A DNA stretch of 64,000 nt from an uncultured virus (IMG/VR IMGVR_UViG_3300042402_007133) (Duplodnaviria; Heunggongvirae; Uroviricota; Caudoviricetes), in the IMG/VR virus record IMGVR_UViG_3300042402_007133; one strand, 5' to 3'. Both the position numbers and the translations under genes were made by a program. The notes below the pieces were generated by a model. It worked only from the letters and a program-made list of their open reading frames with translations. It was not told the origin of the DNA and did not search any database. Shown here piece after piece: positions 20,694 to 29,806 of this stretch (its first letter is position 1; every line of letters starts with the position of its first letter).

Positions 20694-21890
20694 ATGCTTA
20701 AATTCAATGATTTTGAGGCACTAAATGAGAAGGCAAACAACGACCTTCCAAACCGTGTCGACCTGCTTGTTAAGGCCTTCACCAAAGAAGAACCGAGAAT
20801 ATCAATGGATCCTTGGCCAGAAAGCGTCACAAAGGAAGGCACAAATGACACATTTTTTGGCATTCGCATGTACCTTGGCGACGTCCTGTTCAGGGTCAAT
20901 TGGAAGAAGGGAACATCTGAGCCTAGCATCATAGACGTATGGGACAACAAAGGAAAGAATGAGATAATGCCTAAGGTATCGATCATTGGAAACTTTGAGC
21001 TCTTCCGCATGGTCACACCAAACCTGATGGATTTGGTAAAATCACTTGCTGCTGGAAAGGAAGTGCCCCAACAAAAGATGGCAATGGCATTTGAAGCAGA
21101 ATCTGCTGGATCTTCTCCAAGAATAGTTCCTGCTCCGCCAGAAGATACCGATGATACCGTTCAGCCTCAATCAGAGTTCAGCGACCAAGAGTTCAGCATC
21201 TTTGATGAGCTAAGGACACTGGTCATAATGGTCATAAACAATGTTAATCCATCCCTGATCATAACAGGGCGAGGAGGAATTGGAAAGACACACACAGTCA
21301 TGAGCACCCTCAAAGAATTTGATCTGGTCAAAGACGAGGAGTATGTGGTTGTAAAAGGCGCATCGACTGCACTTTCCATGTACAAGGAGCTCTATAACAA
21401 CAACGGAAAGATCGTCATATTTGATGACTGTGACAGCATATTCAAGGATGCTGATGGCGTAAATATCTTAAAGGCGGCACTTGATAGCTACGATGAGCGT
21501 GAGATATCATGGCTCTCAAAGTCAACATATGATCCAGCAACACAGTCACCAACAGAGTCAAGACCTGTCCCAAACAGGTTTACTTTTGACGGACAGATAA
21601 TCTTCATATCAAACCTCCCGATGGAAAAGGTCGATTCAGCTGTTAGGACAAGAAGCTATACGATAGACATCAGCCTAACAGAGGAAGAGATATTCAACAT
21701 AATGGAGAAGAACCTTGCAAACATACTTCCAAATGTGGATCTTGCCACAAAGAAGGAAGTCTTCAATTTCATCAAGAATGAATACAAGTCAACTGCTGAG
21801 ACCGCAAATGTAAGGACGCTGATAAAGGCAATAAAGATACGCCTCAGCGGAGCCCCTAACTGGAAGGTCCTTGCATCAAAGTATGCATGA
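20694..21890 (+). CDS. AAA+/P-loop ATPase with N-terminal capsid-targeting-like peptide
   Basis: GRGGIGKT, IFDDCD, NILKAALDS, IFISN; begins MLKFNDFEALNE; AATATATAG at 20659-20667. Confidence 0.75.
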   Translation: MLKFNDFEALNEKANNDLPNRVDLLVKAFTKEEPRISMDPWPESVTKEGTNDTFFGIRMYLGDVLFRVNWKKGTSEPSIIDVWDNKGKNEIMPKVSIIGNFELFRMVTPNLMDLVKSLAAGKEVPQQKMAMAFEAESAGSSPRIVPAPPEDTDDTVQPQSEFSDQEFSIFDELRTLVIMVINNVNPSLIITGRGGIGKTHTVMSTLKEFDLVKDEEYVVVKGASTALSMYKELYNNNGKIVIFDDCDSIFKDADGVNILKAALDSYDEREISWLSKSTYDPATQSPTESRPVPNRFTFDGQIIFISNLPMEKVDSAVRTRSYTIDISLTEEEIFNIMEKNLANILPNVDLATKKEVFNFIKNEYKSTAETANVRTLIKAIKIRLSGAPNWKVLASKYA

Positions 21891-22850
21891 TCACTTGTTC
21901 AGCGACTGCTGAATCTCAAACACCAAGGCCAATAGATTGACAACTTGGTCGATGACCTGAGTCCTCTGTGCCTGGTACTTTGCAACAAGTATTATTATCT
22001 CAGGGATCTTCTTGATCTTATCTGGATTGTTCTCACGTAGCCATTCAATGAACTCAGTTCCAAGGGATTGTAGGACATCATCGACCTTGTCTGAGTAGTT
22101 TGTGAGGATCTCTTTGTAGTTGTTTATTGGATCACTTGGTCCTGCTATTAGCTGAAACAGCTCCACGAATGACCAGTTCAGACTCTTGATGTCACTGACT
22201 TCTATCTTCTTTATTCCCTTGATGTGCCAGCCCTGAATCCTGTTGTACATCTTCCTCATGTCAGGGAAGTTGCGCTTTACAAATTCTTTCAGCGCTTCAT
22301 CGGACATGTCAATCTCAAGCTTTCCTATGAGGACCTTTAGCCTCTTGACCTGTATGTTATAGAGCCAATCCTCTTCTTCTCGGTTCACTGGGTCAAATGA
22401 GATGACCTCAAACCTTGATTGTATGTGGTCAGGGACCTTGTTTATGTAGTTACACGTTCCAACAAACCTTGCAGTTGCAGAGAACTGTTCAATCGTTGCT
22501 CTGAGAGCCTTATAGAACTGTTCGCTTGCGCCATCCATCTCGTCAAGAAGGACGACCTTCATTCGGTCTCCACTTGTGTTCAGGAGTGATACTGTGGAAC
22601 AGAAGTCTATGATCTGTGTTCTGACGGTTTCAACTGATGACTCATTTGATACGTTGATGTATAGATGGTCATAACCGGATGCAAGTATTCTTGCAAGTGT
22701 GGTCTTTCCTGTTCCTGGGTTTCCTGTTAGTAGAAGGTTCTGGTGAAGCCTTCCATCCTTAACATGCGATTGGATCCTTGGGAGAAGGATCATGTGTTCA
22801 AGAGACTTTGGGCGAAACTTTTCTGTGAATAGCTTCTGTGTTGTAGACAT
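21891..22850 (-). CDS. Clamp loader large subunit (T4 gp44/RFC-like)
   Basis: EKFRPK, GNPGTGKTT, LLDEMD, IQSRF, FPDMRK. Confidence 0.93.
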   Translation of the reverse strand: MSTTQKLFTEKFRPKSLEHMILLPRIQSHVKDGRLHQNLLLTGNPGTGKTTLARILASGYDHLYINVSNESSVETVRTQIIDFCSTVSLLNTSGDRMKVVLLDEMDGASEQFYKALRATIEQFSATARFVGTCNYINKVPDHIQSRFEVISFDPVNREEEDWLYNIQVKRLKVLIGKLEIDMSDEALKEFVKRNFPDMRKMYNRIQGWHIKGIKKIEVSDIKSLNWSFVELFQLIAGPSDPINNYKEILTNYSDKVDDVLQSLGTEFIEWLRENNPDKIKKIPEIIILVAKYQAQRTQVIDQVVNLLALVFEIQQSLNK

Positions 22851-22888
22851 AAAAAAACCTAAGATGATTTGAGATCTTAGGTCTTTTT
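22851..22888. terminator. Intrinsic terminator hairpin
   Basis: ACCTAAGAT...ATCTTAGGT flanked by A and T tracts. Confidence 0.7.
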
Positions 22889-22910
22889 ATCTGATGTATG
22901 TTGTGTGTGT

Positions 22911-23615
22911 TTACTTAAATGATGTCGGAAGGCTGTATGATCCGCTGGATTTTTTACCTCCACTACTCTTTGGTTGTGCTACCTTTGCTTGTGTTTGTTG
23001 CTGCGGCATTGTCTGGCTTGCTGGCTGTGCTGAAACCTGGACTTCTACTGGTTGCAGTCCTATCTTTATGGTAGAAAAGAATTGTGCCCAATCGCTGTCA
23101 AAATCCATATTGAATATGTGCATTCTTTCCTCAAATGATTCCATACCAGTTGGAGTTATTGAATCAAAGTTCTTTGTCTGCACGGCCTTTTTTATAGGAA
23201 GATAAAAGTGATCAATCCAAATTTTGTATATTGCTCCTGAATTTTGTAACGAGTTTGCACCTACAGTAACATAGTCAGGACCATTTCCTACCTCATACTT
23301 CATATTACCTTGTGAGAGAAAATCCTTGAGGTAATCTATCATACCTTTATACTTTGATGTCACTGGAGAAGACCCAAGCAATGCAACTATAAAGTTTTGT
23401 GGTATTATTGAACTATCAACGTTGCTATCCTGAAATACCCACTTAAATGAAGTAAGATCCTTACCTGTTTCTGCCTTAAAAAAATTTATTGCCTTTTGCC
23501 AATATGAAGAATCAGGAGAAATAAATGTATTGTTTGGCATGTACATGCCAATTTCACCTTCATTTAATTCCTGATTAGTATTGAATTGTTCAAATGTCTT
23601 TATCATTGTATTCAT
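22911..23615 (-). CDS. Hypothetical protein, putative head-internal protein
   Basis: Begins MNTMIKTFEQFNTNQELNE. Confidence 0.65.
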   Translation of the reverse strand: MNTMIKTFEQFNTNQELNEGEIGMYMPNNTFISPDSSYWQKAINFFKAETGKDLTSFKWVFQDSNVDSSIIPQNFIVALLGSSPVTSKYKGMIDYLKDFLSQGNMKYEVGNGPDYVTVGANSLQNSGAIYKIWIDHFYLPIKKAVQTKNFDSITPTGMESFEERMHIFNMDFDSDWAQFFSTIKIGLQPVEVQVSAQPASQTMPQQQTQAKVAQPKSSGGKKSSGSYSLPTSFK

Positions 23616-23625
23616 TTATTTTAGC

Positions 23626-25242
23626 TTACACAAGTTCAGATATTGCAATAGGCATTACCTTCTGTAGGAATTCCTTTGTTATAGGACCAATCTTTCCATC
23701 ACCTACACCATTTCTCAATGGTGGAACTCCATATTTAGTTTGTATGTCACGGATTATGTTTGAAAAGAATTGGTCATAATTCCCATCCAGAGGATTTTTT
23801 GAAATGTCCCAGTTCTTAACACTGTCTATGCCAGTCTGCTTTCCTCCAAATGTGTAGTACACAAGCTCCTTTAACGCCTTTACCTTGTTTGGATCATACC
23901 CTGCTTTTCCTGGAAGATATAGGGTATCATCAGACAGCATTGCTTTTAGGTTAGGGTCTCTAAACAGGACTGCTATCTTCTTTCCTCTTTCAGAATCTTC
24001 CATCATTGACGGCGTTCTTGCTGCTTTTGCTGCTTCCTCTCTTCTTGTCTTCTCCACCTGTTCTGCCGCCTTTGTCTTTGCAACAATTGCAGTCTTCTTC
24101 GTCAGGTATGCATACAGACCCTTCATGACAACAAAGTTCAATAATGCGACATATACTGCCTGCATTGCAGGTATGAACAGAGTTGCTTTAACTTCTTCCG
24201 ACTCTGGTCCTTCCCATTTCAATGATATTATGTCCATTGAGATTGAATCAAGGGATGAAAGAACATCCTTTACTCCTTCGGTCTTTACACCTCTTCCAAA
24301 AAGTACCTTCAAAGACTCATCATTTATCTTGCCCCTCTGGATCATTGCGTTATAGTTAACGCCATTGTCAGAACCGATGCGATCCATAAATGCATCGTCT
24401 TCCTGGATTGCAAGCTGGTAAAATACCCCAAGACGAACAAATGGATCCATTGACATCATGAGCTCAAGCTCTGACATTGGATTCTTGCTTGTAATGTAGT
24501 CTTTTTCCTGATCAAGCACAGCCGTAGCATCAGTGATCTCTTCAAGATCAGTGTTATCGGCAGCATTCATTGCAGCGTCAATGTTTGTTGTTCCGAGCGT
24601 CTTCAGCGTCTTTGAAAACATTTCATTTATGAGTCTCTCTGTTCCTGCCACTCCTCTGTTTGCACCAATCTCTTCAAGAAGTGATATCAGTTTCTTGCCT
24701 TCATCGCTCTGAACAAACTCATCTATCGTTGGCTTCAATGGAGCTGCAGTTGCGCGACTGAATACCTGTGCTATCTTATTGACAAGCTCTTGTGGTATAT
24801 TAACCTCTCCTGCAATTCCTCTTATTCCAAGAATGTCGGACTTGAATGTCTCTCCCTCTTCCTTTCCGGTTAACGTAGAAACAAACTTGCTTTCAAATGA
24901 TGTGATTGCCGTCTTTAAGTAGTCTATCTGTGCTCTAATGAGATCGATTCCCTTTGCCTTCTTCTCCATTCCTCCTTGGAAGAACGGTGAATATGCAGGA
25001 ATTGCAGCTGAAATCTTTGACATTAGATCCTTATCATCAGTATCGATGTTCAATGCCTGCATGAGGCTCTTGTCCTGATCCAGAAGCGAGCTATCATCGC
25101 CCCAAAGGTAGATGTCATTCAGCTTCTTCTTATCAACATCAGAAAAGTCGGTCCTTTCATAGACCCTCTTAAAATCAGAGAATTTAATCCCTAACTTTCC
25201 TGATTGTGTAAAGACATTCTCAAATATCTTTTTCTTATCCAT
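23626..25242 (-). CDS. Hypothetical helical protein with C-terminal PG-binding-like motif
   Basis: IKFSDFKRVYE near N-terminus; IQTKYG...GDGKIGPIT at C-terminus; GATATATAG at 25258-25266. Confidence 0.65.
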   Translation of the reverse strand: MDKKKIFENVFTQSGKLGIKFSDFKRVYERTDFSDVDKKKLNDIYLWGDDSSLLDQDKSLMQALNIDTDDKDLMSKISAAIPAYSPFFQGGMEKKAKGIDLIRAQIDYLKTAITSFESKFVSTLTGKEEGETFKSDILGIRGIAGEVNIPQELVNKIAQVFSRATAAPLKPTIDEFVQSDEGKKLISLLEEIGANRGVAGTERLINEMFSKTLKTLGTTNIDAAMNAADNTDLEEITDATAVLDQEKDYITSKNPMSELELMMSMDPFVRLGVFYQLAIQEDDAFMDRIGSDNGVNYNAMIQRGKINDESLKVLFGRGVKTEGVKDVLSSLDSISMDIISLKWEGPESEEVKATLFIPAMQAVYVALLNFVVMKGLYAYLTKKTAIVAKTKAAEQVEKTRREEAAKAARTPSMMEDSERGKKIAVLFRDPNLKAMLSDDTLYLPGKAGYDPNKVKALKELVYYTFGGKQTGIDSVKNWDISKNPLDGNYDQFFSNIIRDIQTKYGVPPLRNGVGDGKIGPITKEFLQKVMPIAISELV

Positions 25243-25264
25243 TTGAAAGTATTTTTCCTATATA

Positions 25265-25486
25265 TCACCGCTTATCACCCTTTTCTATTGGCTCAAGTGC
25301 ACCTTCTCCGCTAACGCCATACTTCTTCTTGTACTTCTTCAGCCAGTCTTGGTAGTTAAGCGTTGTGAAGTCTGGATTGCTCTGTGATTTCTTGAACTCC
25401 TTTGCGACAGTAAAGTAGTACTCTTTGTTATCGTGGGGTTGAACCAAATACTTGGGTTCCTTGTACTTATGATCCTTTATGGCCAT
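25265..25486 (-). CDS. Hypothetical protein, 73 aa
   Basis: MAIKDHKYKEPK...; overlaps the end of phoH by 20 nt. Confidence 0.5.
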   Translation of the reverse strand: MAIKDHKYKEPKYLVQPHDNKEYYFTVAKEFKKSQSNPDFTTLNYQDWLKKYKKKYGVSGEGALEPIEKGDKR

Positions 25487-26222
25487 TTCCTTTTCCCTTT
25501 CCGCCTTCATTTGTTTGCATGTTCTTTTCCTTCCATTCCTCGTACTTCTCAACGATGTCAATGATGATCTTGTTCCTAACGATGTCCTTCTTTTCAAACG
25601 TGAATGTTCCTATGTTGTTGACATCCTGTATCATCCTCTGAAACTCTGGAAGCGCAACAAGGTTGTGTCGGATGTCGTGTTGGCTGACGTCTCCACATAT
25701 GACCATCTTACTGTTCTCACCGAGCCTTGTGATGTATGTCATCAGCTGGTGGAAGTTCATGTTCTGTGCTTCATCAAGTATCATGAATGCATTGTTGAAC
25801 GTTGATCCACGCATGTAGGCAACAGGCCTCATCTCAATCCTATCGACTTCCTTGAGCTTCTCAAACATCGGCTTTCCTATGATCTTATGGAATGTAGTGA
25901 CGTAGCTCTCCATGTATGGTGAGATCTTCTCATCGACTGATCCAGGAAGGAATCCAAGATTTTCCCCTGCCTCAACTATTGGCTTTGTTATTATGATCTT
26001 ATTCATTGCAGAAACGCCTGATAGGTTCTTTATTGCAGCATAGCATGCTGTGAATGTCTTTGATGTTCCTGCCGGTCCTGTTGCTATTGTTATGGTATTT
26101 TTTTCTATCGCATTAAAGAATTCCTTCTGTCTGTCTGATAGGTTCACCGAATTTAGATATTCCTTGTAGTCTATCTTTTCCATTGCTCTTTCTACCGCTT
26201 TGACCGTTGCTCTTTTTGCCAT
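25467..26222 (-). CDS. phoH: PhoH-like ATPase
   Basis: GPAGTSKT, LGFLPG, YMRGSTF, LDEAQN, TRLG, GDVSQHD, DIVR. Confidence 0.95.
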   Translation of the reverse strand: MAKRATVKAVERAMEKIDYKEYLNSVNLSDRQKEFFNAIEKNTITIATGPAGTSKTFTACYAAIKNLSGVSAMNKIIITKPIVEAGENLGFLPGSVDEKISPYMESYVTTFHKIIGKPMFEKLKEVDRIEMRPVAYMRGSTFNNAFMILDEAQNMNFHQLMTYITRLGENSKMVICGDVSQHDIRHNLVALPEFQRMIQDVNNIGTFTFEKKDIVRNKIIIDIVEKYEEWKEKNMQTNEGGKGKGNGHKGS

Positions 26223-26697
26223 ATGTGTTGTTGTTTTTACCCATGAAACGGAGAAACCTTGATAGTACCTCCCTCTGGGATATCATTATATTTTTTGCTG
26301 CATCTTGTAAATTGAACCATGACCATTCATCGATCTCTGGAACAATTATGGTTTTTCCTTCACTATCTTTTGTCTTTGTGTAGTTGCTCTTAAATGCAAA
26401 TCCATCTGGTGGATCAAATTCAAATGTCCAGACACTAACCTCCTTTTTTCCTGATGGGTACCGGACCTTTCCAAGATAGAACCTTGGAACGTTAGGAGGT
26501 ATGAGTCCTGTCTCTTCAAAGAACTCCCTCTTTGCTGCTTCTTCTGCATTCTCACCGTCGTCGATCCTTCCCTTTGGTATCCCCCAGAGGTTCTTCTTCT
26601 GTTTCTCTAATGAGAATGGCCTACACAGAAACACTTCTATGTCGTCTCCCTTTCTTCTGTACATGAGGAGGCCTGCTGATTGTGTAGGATCTTCCAT
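26113..26697 (-). CDS. NUDIX hydrolase
   Basis: SAGLLMY; Nudix box PKGRIDDGENAEEAAKREFFEETG; PEID; CATATATAG at 26701-26709. Confidence 0.9.
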   Translation of the reverse strand: MEDPTQSAGLLMYRRKGDDIEVFLCRPFSLEKQKKNLWGIPKGRIDDGENAEEAAKREFFEETGLIPPNVPRFYLGKVRYPSGKKEVSVWTFEFDPPDGFAFKSNYTKTKDSEGKTIIVPEIDEWSWFNLQDAAKNIMISQREVLSRFLRFMGKNNNTYGKKSNGQSGRKSNGKDRLQGISKFGEPIRQTEGIL

Positions 26698-26709
26698 ACT
26701 CTATATATG

Positions 26710-26739
26710 AAAAAAGGGGACGTTGAAAGTCCCCTTTTT
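26710..26739. terminator. Intrinsic terminator
   Basis: AAAAAAGGGGAC...GTCCCCTTTTT. Confidence 0.8.
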
Positions 26740-26762
26740 GCTTAGCTCTTATTTACTTAGGC

Positions 26763-26939
26763 TTAGGCCAAGTAACCTTCTTTTTGAAGCAGCGCAACAA
26801 CGACCTTCACCTGTTCAGCTGAAAGCTCGCTTGTGAGAAATGATGTAAGAACTCCATGCATAAAAAGATCAAACTTTTCTGCATTTGGATCTTCAACCTT
26901 CTTCAAAAGGCTCTTTACCTTCCTTGTTACGATTTCCAT
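26763..26939 (-). CDS. Small hypothetical protein (58 aa), absent from ORF track
   Basis: MEIVTRKVKSLLKKVEDPNAEKFDLFMHG...KEGYLA; AGGAG upstream; fills the gap between gene and terminator. Confidence 0.65.
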   Translation of the reverse strand: MEIVTRKVKSLLKKVEDPNAEKFDLFMHGVLTSFLTSELSAEQVKVVVALLQKEGYLA

Positions 26940-26965
26940 GTCTAACTCCTATTTTTTGTGATTTA

Positions 26966-27436
26966 TTAAATTGTTTCTGATGATGGACCTATTGCGTATT
27001 CGCTTGTTTCTACTGCAACAAAGTCCTTTGTTTCAAGACTTGCATACATTATCTGTCCGTTCTTCAGCAGTATATCCCCAAATGGAATCTCTTGTTCCAA
27101 AAAGCACAGATACAGGCTTCCCTTTCCGATCCTTTTTACGTCATCAAGCGTGAGCTTGAGGAGTATGCTGGCAGAATCTGCAACAAGCCCTATAAGTCCC
27201 AACTGGCTTGATATTATGTCAGTTGACCGAATGTATGTTATTGATCCTTCCCTCTTATCGAAGTTCAATGAATTGACTTTGCACTTTACCTGCTGCATGA
27301 CATTCTTATTAAAGAACTTCACAAACTTTCCCATATCCTTCTTCAGGGATTCTGGATATTCATCAAAAAGGGGCTGTGACTTTGTTGCTTCTTCCTCTTC
27401 AAATATCTGAGAATATGTCTTCAAAAAATTTCTCAT
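26966..27436 (-). CDS. Hypothetical protein, putative head-internal protein
   Basis: Begins MRNFLKTYSQIFEE; TATATA at 27463-27468. Confidence 0.6.
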   Translation of the reverse strand: MRNFLKTYSQIFEEEEATKSQPLFDEYPESLKKDMGKFVKFFNKNVMQQVKCKVNSLNFDKREGSITYIRSTDIISSQLGLIGLVADSASILLKLTLDDVKRIGKGSLYLCFLEQEIPFGDILLKNGQIMYASLETKDFVAVETSEYAIGPSSETI

Positions 27437-27489
27437 CTAATGTGTTTTTTTCAAGTTCGTATTATATACCAATGTAAGAAAACAAAAAA

Positions 27490-27888
27490 ATGTCTGTCAT
27501 GGATAAAGCATATAAATCAAAGAACTATGATGCATTCCTCACAAGCGGAGAAAAGTATCAAAAGGGCCAAAAAATGAAGGACAGTGACATCGGTGACGAT
27601 GTTAAGGGCACGATGGAAAAGCCAGTTGATGGATTCAAGCAGAATTCTGGTCTTGGAAAGAAAGTCATGGACCAGATGAAGTATGCACCAAAGACTGTTA
27701 GCTATGCAGAGTTCACAAATGCAAAAAGGAATGCAAAGCTCCAGTCTATGGTAGGAGCAGGAACAAAGGATGAATCATCAAAGGAAAAGATGGAATCATC
27801 TGAAATGGCAACGCTTCCAGCACACAAGAGAGAGAAGAGCTTTGACATCGATGTAACTGACTACAAGCCAAGGAAAGCAAAGGGCTAA
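27490..27888 (+). CDS. Hypothetical hydrophilic Lys-rich protein
   Basis: 132-aa ORF divergent from the shared TATATA element. Confidence 0.6.
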   Translation: MSVMDKAYKSKNYDAFLTSGEKYQKGQKMKDSDIGDDVKGTMEKPVDGFKQNSGLGKKVMDQMKYAPKTVSYAEFTNAKRNAKLQSMVGAGTKDESSKEKMESSEMATLPAHKREKSFDIDVTDYKPRKAKG

Positions 27889-27937
27889 AACCCTAAGAAA
27901 TAGTTATAACCATAGGAAATCGGTTGATATAACACAT

Positions 27938-28417
27938 ATGTCAATCGATTTCTTTTTTATTAAGACAAGACCTGTGAAGTCCCCTGTCAGAGGGACCTCT
28001 GAAAGTGCAGGCATAGATTTTTTCATACCTGAAGACTTTGAAGAAGTAGAAGTTCGTCCAGGTTCATCAGTCATGATTCCTTCCGGGATCAAGTGTTCAT
28101 ATCCTCCTGGGTATGCATTGATACTTTTCAATAAGTCTGGAATTGCATCAAAGTACAAGCTCACATCGCTTGCAAATGTTTGCGATTCTGACTACCATGG
28201 AGAGATACACATCTCCCTCATAAATGTTGGAAAGGATGTAGTCAAAGTTTCTCCAGGCATGAAGATTGCTCAGTTCATACTCGTTCCTGTTGCACTCGCT
28301 CAACCAACAGAGGTTGAAAACGAAGAAACTTTGTGGAATCATTGGAATAATCAACGTGGCGGCAACGCTTCATCTGAAAGAGGTGAAGGCGGATTTGGAT
28401 CCACGGGAGAATTTTAA
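27938..28417 (+). CDS. dut: Trimeric dUTPase
   Basis: SAGIDF, KSG, DSDYHGEI, KIAQ, RGEGGFGSTG. Confidence 0.95.
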   Translation: MSIDFFFIKTRPVKSPVRGTSESAGIDFFIPEDFEEVEVRPGSSVMIPSGIKCSYPPGYALILFNKSGIASKYKLTSLANVCDSDYHGEIHISLINVGKDVVKVSPGMKIAQFILVPVALAQPTEVENEETLWNHWNNQRGGNASSERGEGGFGSTGEF

Positions 28418-29799
28418 TGATAGATGTTGAGCAAGAACCAGGGCTCTTAAAGATAAGCAGATTCAATGACGATGGCATGATCGTCTTTGAGAACATACCA
28501 ATACCCGATTCTGAGAGATTTGAATGGGAGTATGCAACAAGGCTCAAAGATGTTGATCCAAAGTGGAGGTCATGGGACAACCGTGCAATCAGAAAGTCAA
28601 AGAAGACCATGCTTTCCAGGTACAGGGTTGAGGAGTTTTTATACGGGCTCCCTGATGAAGTAAAGGACAGAATATACAAGCCAAACAGGCCAAAGGTCTG
28701 GTTCTGTGACATTGAGGTTGAGGTGACCGATGATGGATTTCCTGAGCCAGCAAACGCACCAAACAGGATAACAACAATATGCTTTGCACACGGTCAAAAG
28801 GCATTTGTTCTTTCCATAAAGCCGCTTGATGAAAGCGATGTTGCTGACATACAGAAGGATGTAAACAGTTACTTCCAAAAGTATGGTGCAGACTTCTCTG
28901 TCAAGTTCATAAGCTTTGAGAATGAGTATGAGATGTTGTATGTCTTCTTCAATAAGTACATACCGCAGATGCCACTCCTCACGGGATGGAACTTCACAAA
29001 CTTTGACTGGCAGTATCTGGTCAATCGTTGCAAGAGGCTGAACATCGACCCAAGCGTTGCATCTCCAAGCAAGAAGTTTGTTGGCAAAGAGGGAATACCA
29101 CAGCACAGGCCAGTTGTCGACTACATGATGATCTATAAAAAATGGGACAACAAGGTAGATGTCAAAGAGTCATCAAAGCTTGACTATGTTGCAGATCAGG
29201 TGCTGAAGCTGACAAAGATCAAGTACAATGGAACGCTTAAGGATCTCTATGAGAAGGACTTTAAGAAGTATGTGTTCTACAACATAGTTGACACCCTTCT
29301 TGTCATGTACATCGACAAAGAGATCTCGGTGATGGGAACCTACCTTTCACTTGCAAACATCTCCCGTGTTGAGCTTCTCGGAGCATTTAGTCCGATCAGA
29401 ATGACTGAAACCCTTCTGGTCAGAGAGTTCTACGATAGAAACAGAATCCTTGTTAGAAAAGGAGAGCTCGAAGAAGGAAAGACATATGAGGGCGCATTTG
29501 TTAAGGATCCTGTTCCTGGATTGTATGAATGGGTTGTGACGTATGACTTTGCAAGTCTGTACCCTACAACCATGAGGCAGTTCAACATATCGCCAGAAAC
29601 ATACCTTGGAAAGAGGGATGATCTGGAAGGAGAAGAATATATAAGAACCGCCACAGGAGCAGTGTTTGATGCCAAGACGGATTCAGTGTCCAGGCACTTC
29701 CTAACAAACCTGTTCAACAGACGAGTTCAGAGCAAAGAAGAAGCAAAAGACATAGAAAAGGCAATAGAAAAGTTGAAGAATTTACAAAAACAAAAATAA
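28417..29799 (+). CDS. Family-B DNA polymerase, N-terminal subunit of a split enzyme
   Basis: ExoI CDIEVE, ExoII GWNFTNFD, ExoIII YNIVD, motif A DFASLYP; ends in the fingers region without KxxxNSxYG or YGDTDS. Confidence 0.85.
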   Translation: MIDVEQEPGLLKISRFNDDGMIVFENIPIPDSERFEWEYATRLKDVDPKWRSWDNRAIRKSKKTMLSRYRVEEFLYGLPDEVKDRIYKPNRPKVWFCDIEVEVTDDGFPEPANAPNRITTICFAHGQKAFVLSIKPLDESDVADIQKDVNSYFQKYGADFSVKFISFENEYEMLYVFFNKYIPQMPLLTGWNFTNFDWQYLVNRCKRLNIDPSVASPSKKFVGKEGIPQHRPVVDYMMIYKKWDNKVDVKESSKLDYVADQVLKLTKIKYNGTLKDLYEKDFKKYVFYNIVDTLLVMYIDKEISVMGTYLSLANISRVELLGAFSPIRMTETLLVREFYDRNRILVRKGELEEGKTYEGAFVKDPVPGLYEWVVTYDFASLYPTTMRQFNISPETYLGKRDDLEGEEYIRTATGAVFDAKTDSVSRHFLTNLFNRRVQSKEEAKDIEKAIEKLKNLQKQK

Positions 29800-29806
29800 G
29801 GAAAAG

